Assembly (NCBI GenBank): GCA_030704615.1
Contig: CM060733.1
Span: 54,002,001-54,066,000, forward strand
Reading direction: 5' to 3'
DNA from: Takakia lepidozioides
Taxonomy: Eukaryota; Plantae; Bryophyta
Length of the DNA: 64,000 nucleotides
Part shown: piece after piece, positions 23,148-37,092 of the stretch
Position numbering within the stretch: the stretch's first letter is position 1
Layout: each line of letters starts with the position of its first letter
The notes under the pieces: generated by a model
Database searches by the model: none
Seen by the model: only the letters and a program-made list of their open reading frames with translations
What the model was told of the DNA's origin: nothing
Made by a program: the position numbers and the translations under genes

Positions 23148-24030
23148 GCTGCGACCGCTCCAGGTCGCACGAGGAAATCGCATGTTTTTTTTTAAAAAAA
23201 AACTGCTGCGACCACCCTCATGCTGGTGGTCGAACCTATTAAAAAAAATAAAAAAATGTTGCGACCCCCCCTGCTCGTGGTCACAGAGATTATTTAAAAA
23301 ATAAATAAATAAAATTGTTGCGACCACCCCTTGCTGGTGGTCGCACCTATTAAAAAAACAGAAAATTTCTACGACCACCCCCCTGCTGGTGGTCGCACCT
23401 ATTAAACAAATAGAAAATTTCTGCGACCACCCCCATGCTCGTGGTCGCACCTATTAAATAATAAAAAAATGCTGCGACCACCCCCTATGCTCGTGGTCAC
23501 AGAGATTATTTATAAATAAATAAAAATAAAAAATAAAAATGTTGCAACCACCCCCTGGCTGGTGGTCGCATCTATTAAAAAAACAGAAAATTTCTGCGAC
23601 CACCCCCCTGCTGGTGGTCGCACCTTGTAAACAAATAGAAAATTTCTGCGACCACCCCCATGCTGGTGGTCGCACCTATTAAAAAAATAAAATGCTGCGA
23701 CCACCCCATGCTCGTGGTCACAGAGAATATTTTTTAAAAACAAAAAATAAAAAATAAAAAATCTGCGACCACCCTCCTGCTGGTGGTCGCACCTATTAAA
23801 AAAACAGAAAAATGTTGTGACCACCCCCATGCTGGTGGTCGCAAATATTAAAAAATAGAAAAATGTTGCGACCACCCCCCTGATGGTGGTCGCACCTATT
23901 ACAAATAAATAAAAATTGTGCGACCACCAGTAGCGGTGGTCGCAACTGTTTAAGAAAAGAAAAAAATGCGACCACCCCTACTTGTGGTCGCATCTATTTT
24001 TTTTTTTTTTAAATGCTGCGACAACCCCTT
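23148..24030. repeat. Array of palindromic ~28-bp units tgcgaccaccccc-tgct-ggtggtcgca (right array, mostly reverse complement of the left units)
   Basis: About 15 units with A-rich linkers; 23865-23997 is the inverted counterpart of 19557-19682. Confidence 0.92.
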
Positions 24031-25109
24031 TAATTTGTTTGTACTATTGAATGAGTTTCGATACAAAGTCTTTTGCATTTTTTTATAATTTTATTTTGTT
24101 TCTTCAGTTTCCGTTTGTTAAAATGAAGAATATTTTAAGTAGGTCGACTGTTGAAGTTGTAATTGTATTATAGATTATGACAACTTGATTTGATTTGAAT
24201 TGGATTCTTTTATTCATTGTTTTGATTCTAGTGAAACACGATGGATTCAAGTCTGTCGTATCACTCGATCCAACTTGACAAAAATATCAAAGAACATACA
24301 TGTTTGTGAAATGAAAATAAAATAGATGGGATATCTTGCGATGGGATGTAGTGTCACATTAGAGCACACTGAATTGTTCGGTGAAAATTGTGACACGTCA
24401 GCTAATGACGATCATCGAATTCACAACAGACTTATTTGATTATATTTGGGATGACTATCAAAGAGAACGTTGTCGACATATGTAGAGCGTGTACATGAAA
24501 TTTTCTCCTTGCATATGTCCTTACGTTTATTTAGGGGTTCTAACACGCACGTCATCGATAGCTGCACATATTAGATTACAAATAGATTATTTAATTGGGA
24601 CTTCTGATACTTATTGACCATATGTAGATGCTTTGTTACTTTTGAAACATGATTGCAGTATTTAATATTTATAATGCACCCGTTCAGCTCGACAACGATG
24701 GGTGTCTGTTAACGAAGACGCATGTTGGCACGAGTCATACCAGACTCAGATTAATATTCCAATACCTCGTTATGTGGATTTTAAGTCCAATGTAACGGAA
24801 CTGATATTAAGTTTGATTCAATCTGGAGTGTTAGGTCCGAAAGCTGATTCGGTATCTAACTCAAATTGTCAGAGCTTGGATTCTTTCGTTCCTCCGCGTC
24901 ATTCGTGGAGATTACGTAGACGGAAAGTGGTACATGCCGTTACCAAAATACCACATTGTTGTTCAAAAGATTATTTTGTTGTATATATGTTTATAAATGT
25001 ATGTTTTTCATGGATTTTATCCGTATGTTTGAATGAATCTCAACACATTGTTTGTCGGATTTTTACAAATAACTCATGTTTCTTTTTTTTTGCTTATGTT
25101 TAATAGAAT

Positions 25110-26130
25110 GAAGAGACAGGGTGGATCTATAATCACGACAATTGATATTTTGACCCCTAATCTTTGAGGCGGCACATTTGAGGGCGTATCCTTAACCGGT
25201 ACGGTTCTTTTGATCGGACTACGGAAAATCGACCGATGTTTCTGCATTGTGATCTGACTGATGAGGATGGATTCAACATAGTCATTGTGACTTTGGAAGA
25301 GCTTCTAGCCAATGTGCATTCTCACAAGCTTCAAGTGGAAAATCATATGCAACTGATTTTTTTTTCAATCAGTCCCAAATCCAAATTTGCACATGGTGAC
25401 TGTCCGTACATGCTCGTTGTGTCGTCTCCCATGACTATCACTGTTGTTGAGCCAAACTCATCGCTCTAAATTTGTTAAGTATGGATAAGATCAGCCATTA
25501 TTTCGAGAAAACGGTTCCAAGAGACAAATGGGCTACAACTTCTATAGTTGCCGTGGTGGTGGGAGTTATTGAGAATGTCGGCCACACTTTTGATCTGCAA
25601 GTAACATATGGTTCTGGACAAGACAACATACGAATTGTAAGTGATGAACTTCATTGTTATTCGTGTGATATTTGAATTTATATTGATGATGTTGTTGTCA
25701 AATTATAATAGTCATAATCAGTTCTAATCTGAATTTATAATTGTGCACGCATGTATCTTTCTATCCAGAGTACCTATTGCAGTTCAACGACCTAGCTAAC
25801 ACATACAATACTGGTGTACCGACATCCGTGCTGTTGAAGAACATCTCATGTTCGAAATCGGGTGCGTTGAGGTTGATCACCACACAAATGCGTGATGAGT
25901 TGACTATCATGCCACGATGTTCATACACGGGAGACTGCGTTCTCGATGGTTCGCAAAGTAAGTGTTTTCGAAATTCATTCATAAATTTTGATTATTAGAA
26001 TTTCAAGCAATTTTTGTGAGTTTATGTGTTTTTCTTATTATTTTATGGTGATTCAATGAAACAGATTTCGGGGAATTTCCACGTGATGTCTCCACCCGTG
26101 CGGCCCATCAGAGAGGTGTGTCAGAAATGT
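25110..26130 (+). pseudogene. Degraded, intron-containing OB-fold (RPA70-like) gene fragment
   Basis: Beta-rich fragments LHCDLTDEDGFNIVIVT...KFAHGDCPYMLVV and SIVAVVVGV...FDLQVTYG...SVLLKNIS with gtaag donor sites; the resemblance is weak. Confidence 0.35.
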
Positions 26131-26889
26131 CAAAACGTCATTTTTCTCAATCCATCGTAAAGTCTAAGGATGGTCCCAATGTACCCACCCGATCATCCAT
26201 AGTCTACATATAATCCGTCATAACTAGACAGTTGTCGAGCGGCTTTTACTCACCCATCCCTTCGCTATCCGAGGTGGAAACTCCAAGATAGAAGAGTTGG
26301 ATATCTCTAAACACTCAGACCGCTCAGAACAATCAGTCGTGACCTACACCCAGTGTATCATGGAAGTGCTTCTTGTTTGTATTCCTTCTTGCCTTCATGT
26401 CAGCAAGTTACCTTACTATTTATATTTAAGTATCAGATTGCTTCAGCAATCCACCAGGTTCCATTCACTCTTCCATTCATTGCACAACTTCCCTCAGGTC
26501 TCTCTACACAATGTGAGTATGGAATACGTATCAGATTAAGTTATATCAAGTAACAAGCCGAAGCCATGGTGTCTCTAATCCGCTCTACAGTATCACCCTA
26601 CAGCTTTGCATGTATCAAGCATCTACAGATCGTCTCTCCTCCTTCACCATGCTCTCCATCCTTGCTCCCGTTCGTGCTCTCCACTTGATCTCCTCTACTC
26701 ATGACCCAGAAGTGCTCTCCCCCAGAAGTCTGTCCCCCCAGAAGTGCCCCCAGACGTCCCCGCTCTTCGCTTTATCTACCTACAAGCTGTTCTAACCGCT
26801 TTCCTAACTAACCGTCATCCCTGTAGTACACGTTCCTTTTTCAGATGTCATTCCCTCACAGTCGTTCCCTGCCAATGATAATTGTCCCC

Positions 26890-27160
26890 CAGCTGTGCCG
26901 AGCTGTGACTAGCTGTATCAGGCTGTGGCGGACTGTGACTGGCTGTGTTGGGCTGTGTCGGCTGTACGAAGCTGTGGCGGCTGTGTCGGGCTGTGACTGG
27001 CTGTGTTGGGCTGTGTCAGACTGTGACGGGCTGTGTTGGCTGTGCGAAGCTGTGACGACTGTGTTGATTGTGACGGCTGTGTCTGACTGTGTCGGTCGTG
27101 TCGGCTGTGGCTGGCTGTGTTGGGCTGTGTTGGCTGTGATGGACTGTGTCAGGCTGTGTA
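26890..27160. repeat. Degenerate 10-bp-period tandem repeat (ggctgtgtcg-like)
   Basis: Visible gctgtg/gactgtg periodicity. Confidence 0.85.
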
Positions 27161-27591
27161 TCTCTCCCCCTAAAGCCTGTTGCTGTCACCCCTAAGGCTC
27201 TTGTTGGTCTCAGTTTGTGTAAAAATTAAGGGTACCCCACAGATCCCGTAAAAGCGTCCAAGTCCCAAGCAGCCCTCTAACATTTACCCCTCCTCCTCTC
27301 AAAAAGCCGTGTCCTCACGGTAAACTGTTTGGGATTAGTAAACTTTTGTGAGCGAGCACCCTTCTGACGGTGAGAGTCTCGTGAAGGACTCCGTGTACGA
27401 GCCCGAGTCCTGTCACTAGTTGACGGAGATGATTGAGCATTACCTGGAAATGTCAGTCCCTCCTTTGGCTGATATCGAGGTAACCTCTCAGGCATAGGAG
27501 ATCCCCGTCATTTCTTCTCTGCCATGTCAAAAGAGTCCGCTGAAGAAACAGTAGTGTCAGAATCCTTGTCCCCCCTGAGGTGTTTTAACGG

Positions 27592-30500
27592 TCAAACTCT
27601 AACTGGAATTCTCTGGGGCATACAATGTGGTCCCACCATGTCTGGAAGTTTAAACTGCAAAACTTGCTGTAAGCTCTGAATGGCAAAATTGGTGAAGACC
27701 CTGAACTCCTTGTCCGTAAAGGTGAGTGGTGTGCCAATGACTTGTGAATTGTGCAAGTATTTCCATGCCTCATGTCCCTTAAAGAAAATATCGTCAGGGC
27801 CAAATTTCTGTGTTGACAAATTGTTCCAGGCCGAATAAAACCATGAACGAATTTGTGAATCCTTTTGCATCATAACTTTTGCCTCATATAGGTACATATG
27901 AGGTGGCACTGAAGGTAAGACCCAATGATCCCCACTGGAATAACTCAGAAAGCGCGATTGCATCTTCTGCTGCTCAATGTGATAACGTGCCAGAAAACAA
28001 TTAGCATAGTATAACCCGCAGCCCATGACAATACTTGCTACATCCTTGGTCTTGGTATAAATGAATCCATGTACAACTTGGAAGGCAATTAATTCCTTCA
28101 ACATGGTACTTGCCTCATGCCAGTACCTCGCAAAGTGATGATCCTCAATGGGTTGATTGTTCGGAAGAACCTTAGTCCTAGTTGCCACTGGCAGCCAAAT
28201 GCGCATGATCTGGTAGTAATGTGCCAACGACTGCGGATGACTAAATTCTTTCTAAGCCAAATCCAACACAATGGGAATTTGGTTGAAAGGCATAATCATA
28301 GCCCGACTGTACTCGCGTGCAGCAGGAGTTTTAGGTGGGTTAAAAGCAGCATCCCCCCATACCTCAGGCTGTGGCGGCTGTGGTGTGGCTGTAGTAACAA
28401 CAGGGTCAGCTACTGTCACAATCACTTGTTGTGGTATTGGTAGCATTAGCTCTTGTACCACTGGCATCTCCTGCACCCCCTGCGAAGAAGACTGGAAAGC
28501 TAAAGTTCTGGCTTGTAAATAAGAAGCTATCAACTGCTCCTCAGGTACAAAGACTCTCTTGTCAATATTTGATGTCAGGTCCTCTACCTGAGTCTGCAGG
28601 CCGTCTACATCCTCTTGTAGCTCCGCTATCCTACTACAGATATTGTCTATAGTAGTTGTGGCAATGTTCTACACCTGCAGTCTAAGCTCATTCATCTCGC
28701 CTTGGGTGAGCTTCCGTGGTGCTTTGCCTTCCACCGGTCCTTGTGCTAACCAGACCTGCAGAAAGTGGTTATCCGCCAAGTTGGTTGTGGCACCTCTGAG
28801 AGTTTGCTCCTCTCTGAGTTTGTACATATCTAACTGCTGCTATAAAGCCTCCATGCACTTCGCATGAGGTTGAACCAAACTCGCATAGGCAGCAACTAGA
28901 TTATTGGCTTCCTTCCAAGCCTTGTTAGCGATAGAGAGTTCATTTCTATTGGTCATGACCGTTTGTTGCAATTCATCTCTTGGTCAGCTTCAACCTACCT
29001 GTATTGCTTGAAAGTATTCTCATTGTGACAGATTGTATTCTTCATATCAACAATGAGTTTTGTCTGGTCGACATTATCTGCCTGTGCCTTTATACATCTT
29101 TCCGCTTGGTTGTTAACTTCTTTTGTAGTTTGCTCAAGTGTAGTTGTGAGTGTAGCACATTGTATGGCCATCCTGTCATGCACTGTCTGCAACTTCGTAT
29201 GTAGTGCATTTACTTCTTGCAACCTGCTCTCATGTTTCACCTGCATTTGGTATAGCTGTTGCTTATGTGCTTCGTGCAACTGGTCCTACGCGAGGCCTGC
29301 TTCAATCAAATGTTCCTTGGCCAACTGCAAAGCAGCTGTTGTATCCTCTAACTCTTGCTGTAACTTGAGAGTGACCTCCTCATCGACCTTGTTTGCACAC
29401 TCAGTGGCAAGTCGAGCCTCAAACTCCTTCCCGAGTTCCTCCCTCAAAGCTGCCAATTGGGTAGATGGAATATGGGATTTCACATAAGTGCCCAACAAAT
29501 TAAGTGTCCTACTTATGGAACTCATAAGCATGGCCTGCTAAGGGTCATCATGGTGAGTTTGCTGCTGTTCTCTCTGATTCTCAACAGTGTGATGCCTCAC
29601 GAACCATTCAGGCCATTGCCCTACCAGATTTTCTTCCCGAACCACCTCATCCACCACAGGTGCTGCAGTGTCTTGATATTCTCCCCTTGGTACCTCCGTC
29701 ACAGGTGTGGTTATTACATGCACAGCAGGGTTTCCCTTGGACAATCGCTGCACCTCTGGAATCACTATTTTCCTTACCAAGCCAGAATTTTCATAGAGAA
29801 GGTCACCCTTCTCAATTTCGGCCACGACCTGCTCTGTAGTGGGAATATCTAATCTTTCTCCTTCCTGAGCAATTGGGGGTGATGCCACAGCATATACTAA
29901 CTGTGGAATCTCTAAAACAACAGAGACAATCGGTTGTGGTGACTGTGACATCGAAGTGACTTCCTCTTCCCAAGGCCCTGCTTCCAATAATAGCAGCTCT
30001 CTGTGCTGCTGTGCCCCTTCCTGCACAAGAGCTTGAGAAACAATATCATGCGGTTTCCGTGAAGCCAGTGGATCCGCCACTACAGTCTTTCCCCGCCTAT
30101 GTCTCTTAGACTGGGGCTGCACTGCCAGTCCACCCTCACTGTGTGAAGAGCCTTGCTCTTCAATTGCAGTGGTTTCTGTTTCAAACACTACCATCTCCTT
30201 TCTCTCCCGAGTATCAAGTATGCAAGAATCAAGAATTATTTGAGCAATGATTGGACCAGACACAATGATCGGAGACTTTGCAGTAGTGCCCTGTAACCTC
30301 TTCATCTCGTCCACCAATCCGTTGTACATTAACTCCGCCAAAGCGACATCCTCTCCCCTCAAAGCTTTCAGGATCTCCTCTGTGAAGGACCTGCTCAAAT
30401 ACTGTTGGTTCTGTTTCATGGCAAACAGAACGTTCAAGATTTGGCCAACCTCCCTAAGCCCTGGGTACTCGGCTTTGGTACAAGCAAAACCTTGAGTTTT

Positions 30501-31010
30501 AAAGAAATTCTCTTCTTGAAACAAATTCCCTATCTGCAATCTTGCCCTGTGCTCATCCACCTCCACATGTCCTGATGGCAAATCAAACAGTTGCTGCAAG
30601 TAGTGGGGAGTAATTTCTATATCTACTCCCCTCACCTGAGTAATTCCTGTCCGAGGCTCAAAGTTTTGAAGAAATTGTATCATGAACTGCCGATGATGCA
30701 AGGACCAGTCCTTGCGTAGCAATCCCTCCAATCGTAGCTCCTTCAGTAGTTGCACCGCCTGTGGTGCAGCGATCGTTTGCTTCTGTAAGATTGTGGTGCT
30801 TTTCACCCTAATATCTTCCATTCCTCTCACTCTCTTCATTCTGGACAAACAGACGGTTTTGGTTGCAACAATTGAAGAAACGCCTGCAGGGCACAAAACA
30901 TAAAAGTATGGTTGGCGCAGAATGAAATGGGTAAGTGCTTGTAAGCCTGCGGGGCTTGCAAGTAGCAATTTAGAGAAAATATAGTCTCCGTTCGTCTGTC
31001 CTTGTGCCAC
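27592..31010 (-). pseudogene. Extra 3' ORF region of the gypsy element (sense orientation, coiled-coil-rich, fragmented)
   Basis: Collinear ORFs of 490, 81, 94, 93 and 211 aa separated by stops or frameshifts. FMIQFLQNF...QVRGVDIEITPHYLQQLFDLP resembles plant retroelement accessory ORFs. Confidence 0.6.
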
Positions 31011-31562
31011 TGCGTAAGTAGTAAGGCGAGAGTGTAGTATGTTATTTCCGACATAGCTTCAAAGCTATAGCTTTGATTGTCTCTCCCGTCGAGACGCCCG
31101 TTACTTGGAACGACGCCGACTCTTGCGCTCAAAATCCTTCCAATTTCTTGATTTCGCTTCTTGGAAAATACCTTCTGCAGGTAATTCTGGCTCATGATTG
31201 GTTGTTGGCTGTGTGATTTGTTTTGTAATTTAATTTCCTTCCATGGATTTTCCACTCTGGACTGTCCACTAGGATAATACATGGGACATGGATTTCGCTT
31301 TTCGGTACTTTTAAAGGGTTCCGTTACCCTTTCCTTGTATGCATTAATGGGCCCATAATAAGTTAATGTGCCGGGTAGGTACTTGACGGCCAATTTTGTC
31401 TTCCTTCCTTGATGACACTTTTTTGCAATCCATGTCCGGCTGTGTGTTTCGCCGTGGCGTCACGTGTCCATTTCTAAACGTGCCTCCGTCCACTTTTCCG
31501 CCGGCCACTCTCCGATGTTACCCACGTCCACCTGTCACTGATCCTATGGATTGTGTAACCCC

Positions 31563-31770
31563 AGTAGGCTGTGTTGAGCTGTGTCATACTGTGGTACGCT
31601 GTGATAGGCTGTGTCGCACTGTGGGAAGTTGTGATAGGCTGTTACACCCTGTGGTAGGTTGTGATAGGCTGTGTCACGCTGTGATGGGTTGTGATAGGCT
31701 GTGCCACACTGTGATGGGCTGTGATAGGCTGTGCCACACTGTGAGGCTGTGATAGGCTTGTCACTGCTGT
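31563..31770. repeat. 30-bp tandem repeat with a 10-bp subperiod (gtgataggctgtgccacactgtgatgggct)
   Basis: About 6 copies are visible. Confidence 0.9.
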
Positions 31771-31879
31771 GAGCTGGCCACACTCATAGGCTATGCCCTC
31801 GGTCCTAGCGAAAGTGCTCCATAACTTTGGGTATCGCCCGGACTGCTTCTTTCGTTTCAACATGTAAATCATGCTGCAA

Positions 31880-34800
31880 TGGTTTGTCATGGATACCACT
31901 GTACCCCTTCAACTTATTGGCATTGACTCTTCTCAGCATCTCTTTGTTAATGGTTTGTAACATGACGGTGTTATTATCATACATCTTCTGTATGACATAA
32001 GGTCATTTCCATGGTGATTTAAGCTTATAAGCTTTAATCTTTCCCTTCTTCTGCAACCAGAGAACCAAATCTCCCGTCTTAAAAGTCTTTAACTTGCCTT
32101 CATCAAACTGTTCCTTTCTCTTCATCTGAATTCTGGTCATGTTATCAATTGCATCAACACGTACTTCTTCCACATGGTATAATTCATGTTTCCTGACCTT
32201 AATTGAATCTTGCAATTCCATTCTCTTTCCCCATTCCGTTCTCATGGTAGGTAACAGGAATTCACTGGAAGTAAAGCTTTCATACCATAAACTAATTGGA
32301 ATGGTTTACTTAGTGGTGACTTTATATGAAGTCCTGTATGACCACAAAGCTGTCAGCAGCTTTGTATCCCAATCCGCTCTGTTTTGCATTGACTATCTTA
32401 GCCAAGATAGTACATAGTATTTGTTGGTAGCCTCTGCCTGCCCATTACCCTGTGGGTAATACGTTGTACTCTTCTTATGCACAATCATGAACTCTTTAGT
32501 CAATAGTTCAATGGTCTCATTAATGAAGTGACTTCCCTGATCACTGATAAATTCCAAAGGACAGCCAAATCGTGTAAGTATGTTCTCATACAGGAACCTT
32601 GCTGTGGACTTGGCTGTGTTGTCCCTCAAAGCTTTAGCTTTCCACCCACTTCGTAGTATAATCAGTGGCTGTAATTATGTACTTGTTCTGTGTATTCTTG
32701 GCTGGTGGGTTAATTGGTCCAATAAAGTCTCGTCCCCATTTCTGAAATGGTTCAGTAGGCATTGTAGGATGCAAAGCCATCTTCCCAGATCTCTGCAAAG
32801 GTCCTAGCCTCTGACATTCATCACAACTCTGACAATACTTGTGTACATCTTAGAACAAAGTAGGCCACCAATAACTTGCAAGTAGTATCTTCCTACTGAT
32901 AGTCTCTTCTCCAAAATGACCTCCAGCCACTCCTTTATGAACTTCCTCCAAAACTTTATTTACTTCATGGTGGTACAAGCATCGTTTAAGTACTCCATCA
33001 GGTCCTAGCTTATACATTCTGCCTCCTACCATAGTATAAGGTAAAGCCTTGATAACGATTCTCTTCTCTCCTCTTCTTACCATAACAAGGTGGGCACTGA
33101 CCATGAGTAAGGTAGTATCTGATTGGCCACTGCCAATCTTTCATCTGCACTTCCTTGCACCTCCATTACAAATAAACTCGCATAAGGTAACTGATCGTCT
33201 ACTCCTGTGGCGGCCTCTCCTGTTGTTAGTCGTGATAAATGATCTGCCACAAGATGCAAACGGCCAGGCTTGTAAACAACTTCGAACTCAAACTCGTGCA
33301 AGATTATTAACCACCTCGCTATCCTTCCACTTATCAAAGGTTTGTTCACCAGATATATCAGAGCCTGGTGATCCACATAAACATAAACTTTCTTCCCAAT
33401 AGGTAATGCCTGAATTTCTTGACTGCATAAATCATTGCCAATGCTTCTCTTTCAGTTGTGCTATAGTTCCTTTCAGCACTGTTCATCAACCTGCTAGCAT
33501 AGTACACAGGTGAATCTATATTTCCAGTAACATTCTGGGCTAACACCGCTCCCAACGCTTCTCCTGAGGCATCACAGTGAACATGAAATACTACATGCCA
33601 GTGAGGGTTAATCAGCACAGGTGTAGTTGTTACTGACAATGTAAGTTCCTCAAAAGCCTGTTGACATTCAGCTGTCCATGCAAACACTGCATCTTTCTTC
33701 AGAAGCTTGCTTAATGGTGCTGCTATTTGTGCATACCTTTTGACAAATCTTCTGTAATAACTGGTTTGCCCAAGGAATCTCCTTAGACTCTTAACATTTA
33801 CTGGTGGTGGAGAGGCTTTAATGGCTTATGTCTTCCTGGGATCCACAAGAAGTCCCCTCTTACACACAATGTGTCCCATAAGCACCCCTGAATTCACACA
33901 GAAAGTACACTTCTCTGGATTCAGGCCCAGACTTCTCATTCTACATCTGGCCAGACATAACTGCAATTTATGTAAGTGCTCATTCTTAGAGCTGTACACA
34001 CTGAAATCATCCAAGAACACCTGCATGAATCATCCAATGAAAAGATTCACTTATCACTCTCTGAAAGGTTGCTGGTGCATTACAAAGTCCAAAAGGCATG
34101 ACTTTGTATGCATAAGCACCCCAGTCTGTGATAAAAGTTGTCTTTCCTGGTCTTCTTCTGCCACTTGCACTTGATTATAACCACTGAAGCCATCCATGAA
34201 TGAGTACATCTCATGGCCTGCCACAGTGTCCAATACTGCTTCTGTGAATAACAAGGGAAATGGATCTTTCTTCGTGCAAGCATTCTAGTTCTTATAGTTC
34301 ACACAAACTCTCAGTTTACCATTCTTCTTGGGAACTATCACAATGGTGACAACCAAGTTGTATACTCTATTAGGTATATAAACTTAGCCTCAGCCAACTT
34401 CTTGATCTCTTCTCCAACCTTCTGTGCATAGTTGGGATTTATTCTGTATCTTGCCTGTTTGATTGGTACTGACCCTGGTTCCAATTCAATCTTATGCTGA
34501 CAGATCTCAGGTGGTATCCCTTTTAGATCCTCGTAGCTCCAAGCAAATACATCTCTGTATTTGATGAACAAACTCTTAGCTTCCTCAAAGAATTCTGGCT
34601 CCAAATCAGCTCCTACCTTCACCATCCTCGGTTCCTCTTCAATTCCCACATTCACTTCTCTCACCTGCTCATCAGCTGTGATTGTCCAACCAGTCATCAC
34701 TTCATCCTATAAACTCACAGTGGCTGGTTCCTCTAGGATTTCCATTTCTCCTTCTCTTTCTTCATAAAAATGTGGTGGGTAACTGCTTATTTCTCATTCA

Positions 34801-35867
34801 ATTGGTGTTGCTGTCACTACACCACAGCAGATACCTTTTAAACAACTTAGGCCTTCCAGCTGCACCTCTGCAATCTGCTCCCACTCTGGGTGTGCAGAGA
34901 ACAGAGTAGCTTCCTGCTCCTCATCCAGTCCTCCCCTCCAGTCATACTCCCTGACCCCTCGAGGTCTTCTTGTAGCAGGTAATCTACTAGATTTCTTAGT
35001 GGTAATTTGTATCTTGTGCATCCCATTATGCATAGTTAGTAACTGAGAATTCCAGTCATGGAATACCCTGGCCTGTTTCAGCCACGGACAACCCAATAAT
35101 ATGGAGTAAGCCTCCATGACTTCATCCATCTTCAACACAGTTACTGTGATCATAAAGATCATCTTCTGTATATGTATCTTAACTCCTCTTATCAATCCCA
35201 ATGGCTGTACACTTCTTTGATCTGCCATTGTTACTGTAAATGGGGCTGGTTTCATGTTACTTAGACCAAGCTTCTTCCTTAATTGGTCTATCATGATATT
35301 TACTCCAGAGCCTCCATCTATCAGTACATCAGTTAGTTCTGTGCTTCCAATTCTCAATTGGATTACTGGCATAGAATCATCAAAGTCCATGACTGTTTCT
35401 CGCCCTTCCGGCTTCACATTATAACTGGTCACCTTGCTGTTCAGGTCTGTGTTTCCTGTCTCCTGGGCAATTCGATTGATTGCTTGATACAGCCTGTGTC
35501 TACAATAAGGTGCCACAGCCAACAACTGTCCAATGGTAATCTCTGCTTTGGTCTGGCATATTACTTCAGCCAAAGTCCCTTCATTACTTTGCATGTCTGC
35601 AGCTTCTTTCTTCCTTTCATCCTCACTCACTTCTTCTTCTCCATCAGAATTAGAGGAATCTGCCACAGGAATATCAGTACTCTTTTACATTTCCCTTATG
35701 GTATCTGTCACTTCCTTGTGCAGTTCCTTCTCATCTCTCCAAGCCTCATCATCTTCAGGCATATCACTGCCATCTTCATTATTATCATCTTCCTCAACTA
35801 CTGGAGGTATTAGTTTGGCTTTGCTTCTTGTTACTATCATTGTACTTACTTCTGTACAACACATGGC
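31880..35867 (-). pseudogene. gypsy pol (aspartic protease, RT, RNase H, integrase), disrupted
   Basis: VLIDGGSGVNI; [12 protein letters not shown]; VFLDDFSV; HCDASG...NYSTTEREALA; H-H-C-C zinc finger; FISDQGSHF...YPQGNGQAE. Confidence 0.93.
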
Positions 35868-37092
35868 CTAACCATGTGAGCTGCCACCCACTGGGCTCTC
35901 ATTCACAGGAGCTCTCATCTCATTCTGGTGTCTAATCCAGAATGAACAGGCTGCCTTGCGATGTCCTGGCTGATTACAATAGTAACACAGTTCTTCACCA
36001 TTGGGTCCTCGCCCTTGGTCTGCTCTTGGATTATTTCTGTAATCCTGATTCCCTGGCTGGTAATTCCTCCTTGGATTACCCTGATAGTTGCCTCTGGAAT
36101 TTCCTTTGTAATTCCCTCTTGAATTACCTCTCCCTTCCATGCCATTGTTATAACCACCAGGCCTACCATAGTGGTCCTGATCACTGTTTCTTCTTGGCTG
36201 GGGCTGCACTTGATGCACCCTTACTTGCCTAGGTTCTCTAGCTGCTGTCCTTCTGTTGTAGTAACAATTCTCAGTAGAATGGTTATCCATTTTACAGATA
36301 GTACAGTGTTTCTCCTTCATGTGGCATTCAGTGGTGGTATGGCCTTCATTTTGGCACTTTGCACACCAAACACCCTTCCTCCAATGTGTTGCAGCCTCTG
36401 TGGCATACTTCTTCAAGATTTATTCTAATCTTTTCTCATAGTTATCCCTCTTCAACTTCTCTTTCCTCTTACTCTTCTTTTTCAGCTCTTGCTCTTTTTC
36501 CTCATCTGACTCATCCTCAGAGTCCTCATCATCCAGTTTCTCTCTCCTGAGCATTCCCAACTGTTCAATTTTGTTCGTTGTTTCAAATGCCTCTTCCACT
36601 GTATTATGGGGTAACATATCCACTTTCTTTTGCAATTCTGGTCTTAGTCCACTCACGAACCAAGTCTTCTGTAGACCTGGTGCTGGTACAGCAGCCAGCT
36701 TTTTCATCATCAATTCCATTTTTTCCATATACTCCCTCAACAGTTTCATGCTTCTTTTGCTTTAACTGTTGTAAACTTCCATACACTTCATCCTCAGTTT
36801 TACTTGTCCTGAACCTATTTCGGAATGTTGTATTCAAGCCATTCCAGGTTAGGAAATGATTATCAGGGAATCTTGCATACCATTCACTTGCTTTCTTGAT
36901 AAGTGAACAAGGAAACAATCTCATCTTGACATCATCGCCATTCTCATTGTTCCCTATACACATGTGCTCAAATTGGCTAATGTGTACATCGGGATCCCCT
37001 TTTCCTGAATATATTGGAAAAGGTGGTTTTGCCCGTGTTGATTGTAACGCCATCTGTGGCCCTACCTTCTGCCCACTGACAGGCGCTGGCAC
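35868..37092 (-). pseudogene. gypsy gag with zinc knuckles
   Basis: DPDVHISQFE...RLFPCSL..KASEWY; CAKCQNEGHTTTEC, CTICKMDNHSTENC, CYYCNQPGHRKAAC. Confidence 0.9.

Noticed and set aside
23121-23993. ORFs within the repeat arrays
   Set aside because: Translations of non-coding tandem repeats.
18881-24030. CRISPR array
   Set aside because: Spacers are low-complexity, AT-rich and related to each other; repeats are degenerate and in both orientations; there are no cas genes; the context is a eukaryotic TE nest.
27592-31010. Retroviral-like env gene
   Set aside because: No signal peptide or transmembrane segment is evident.
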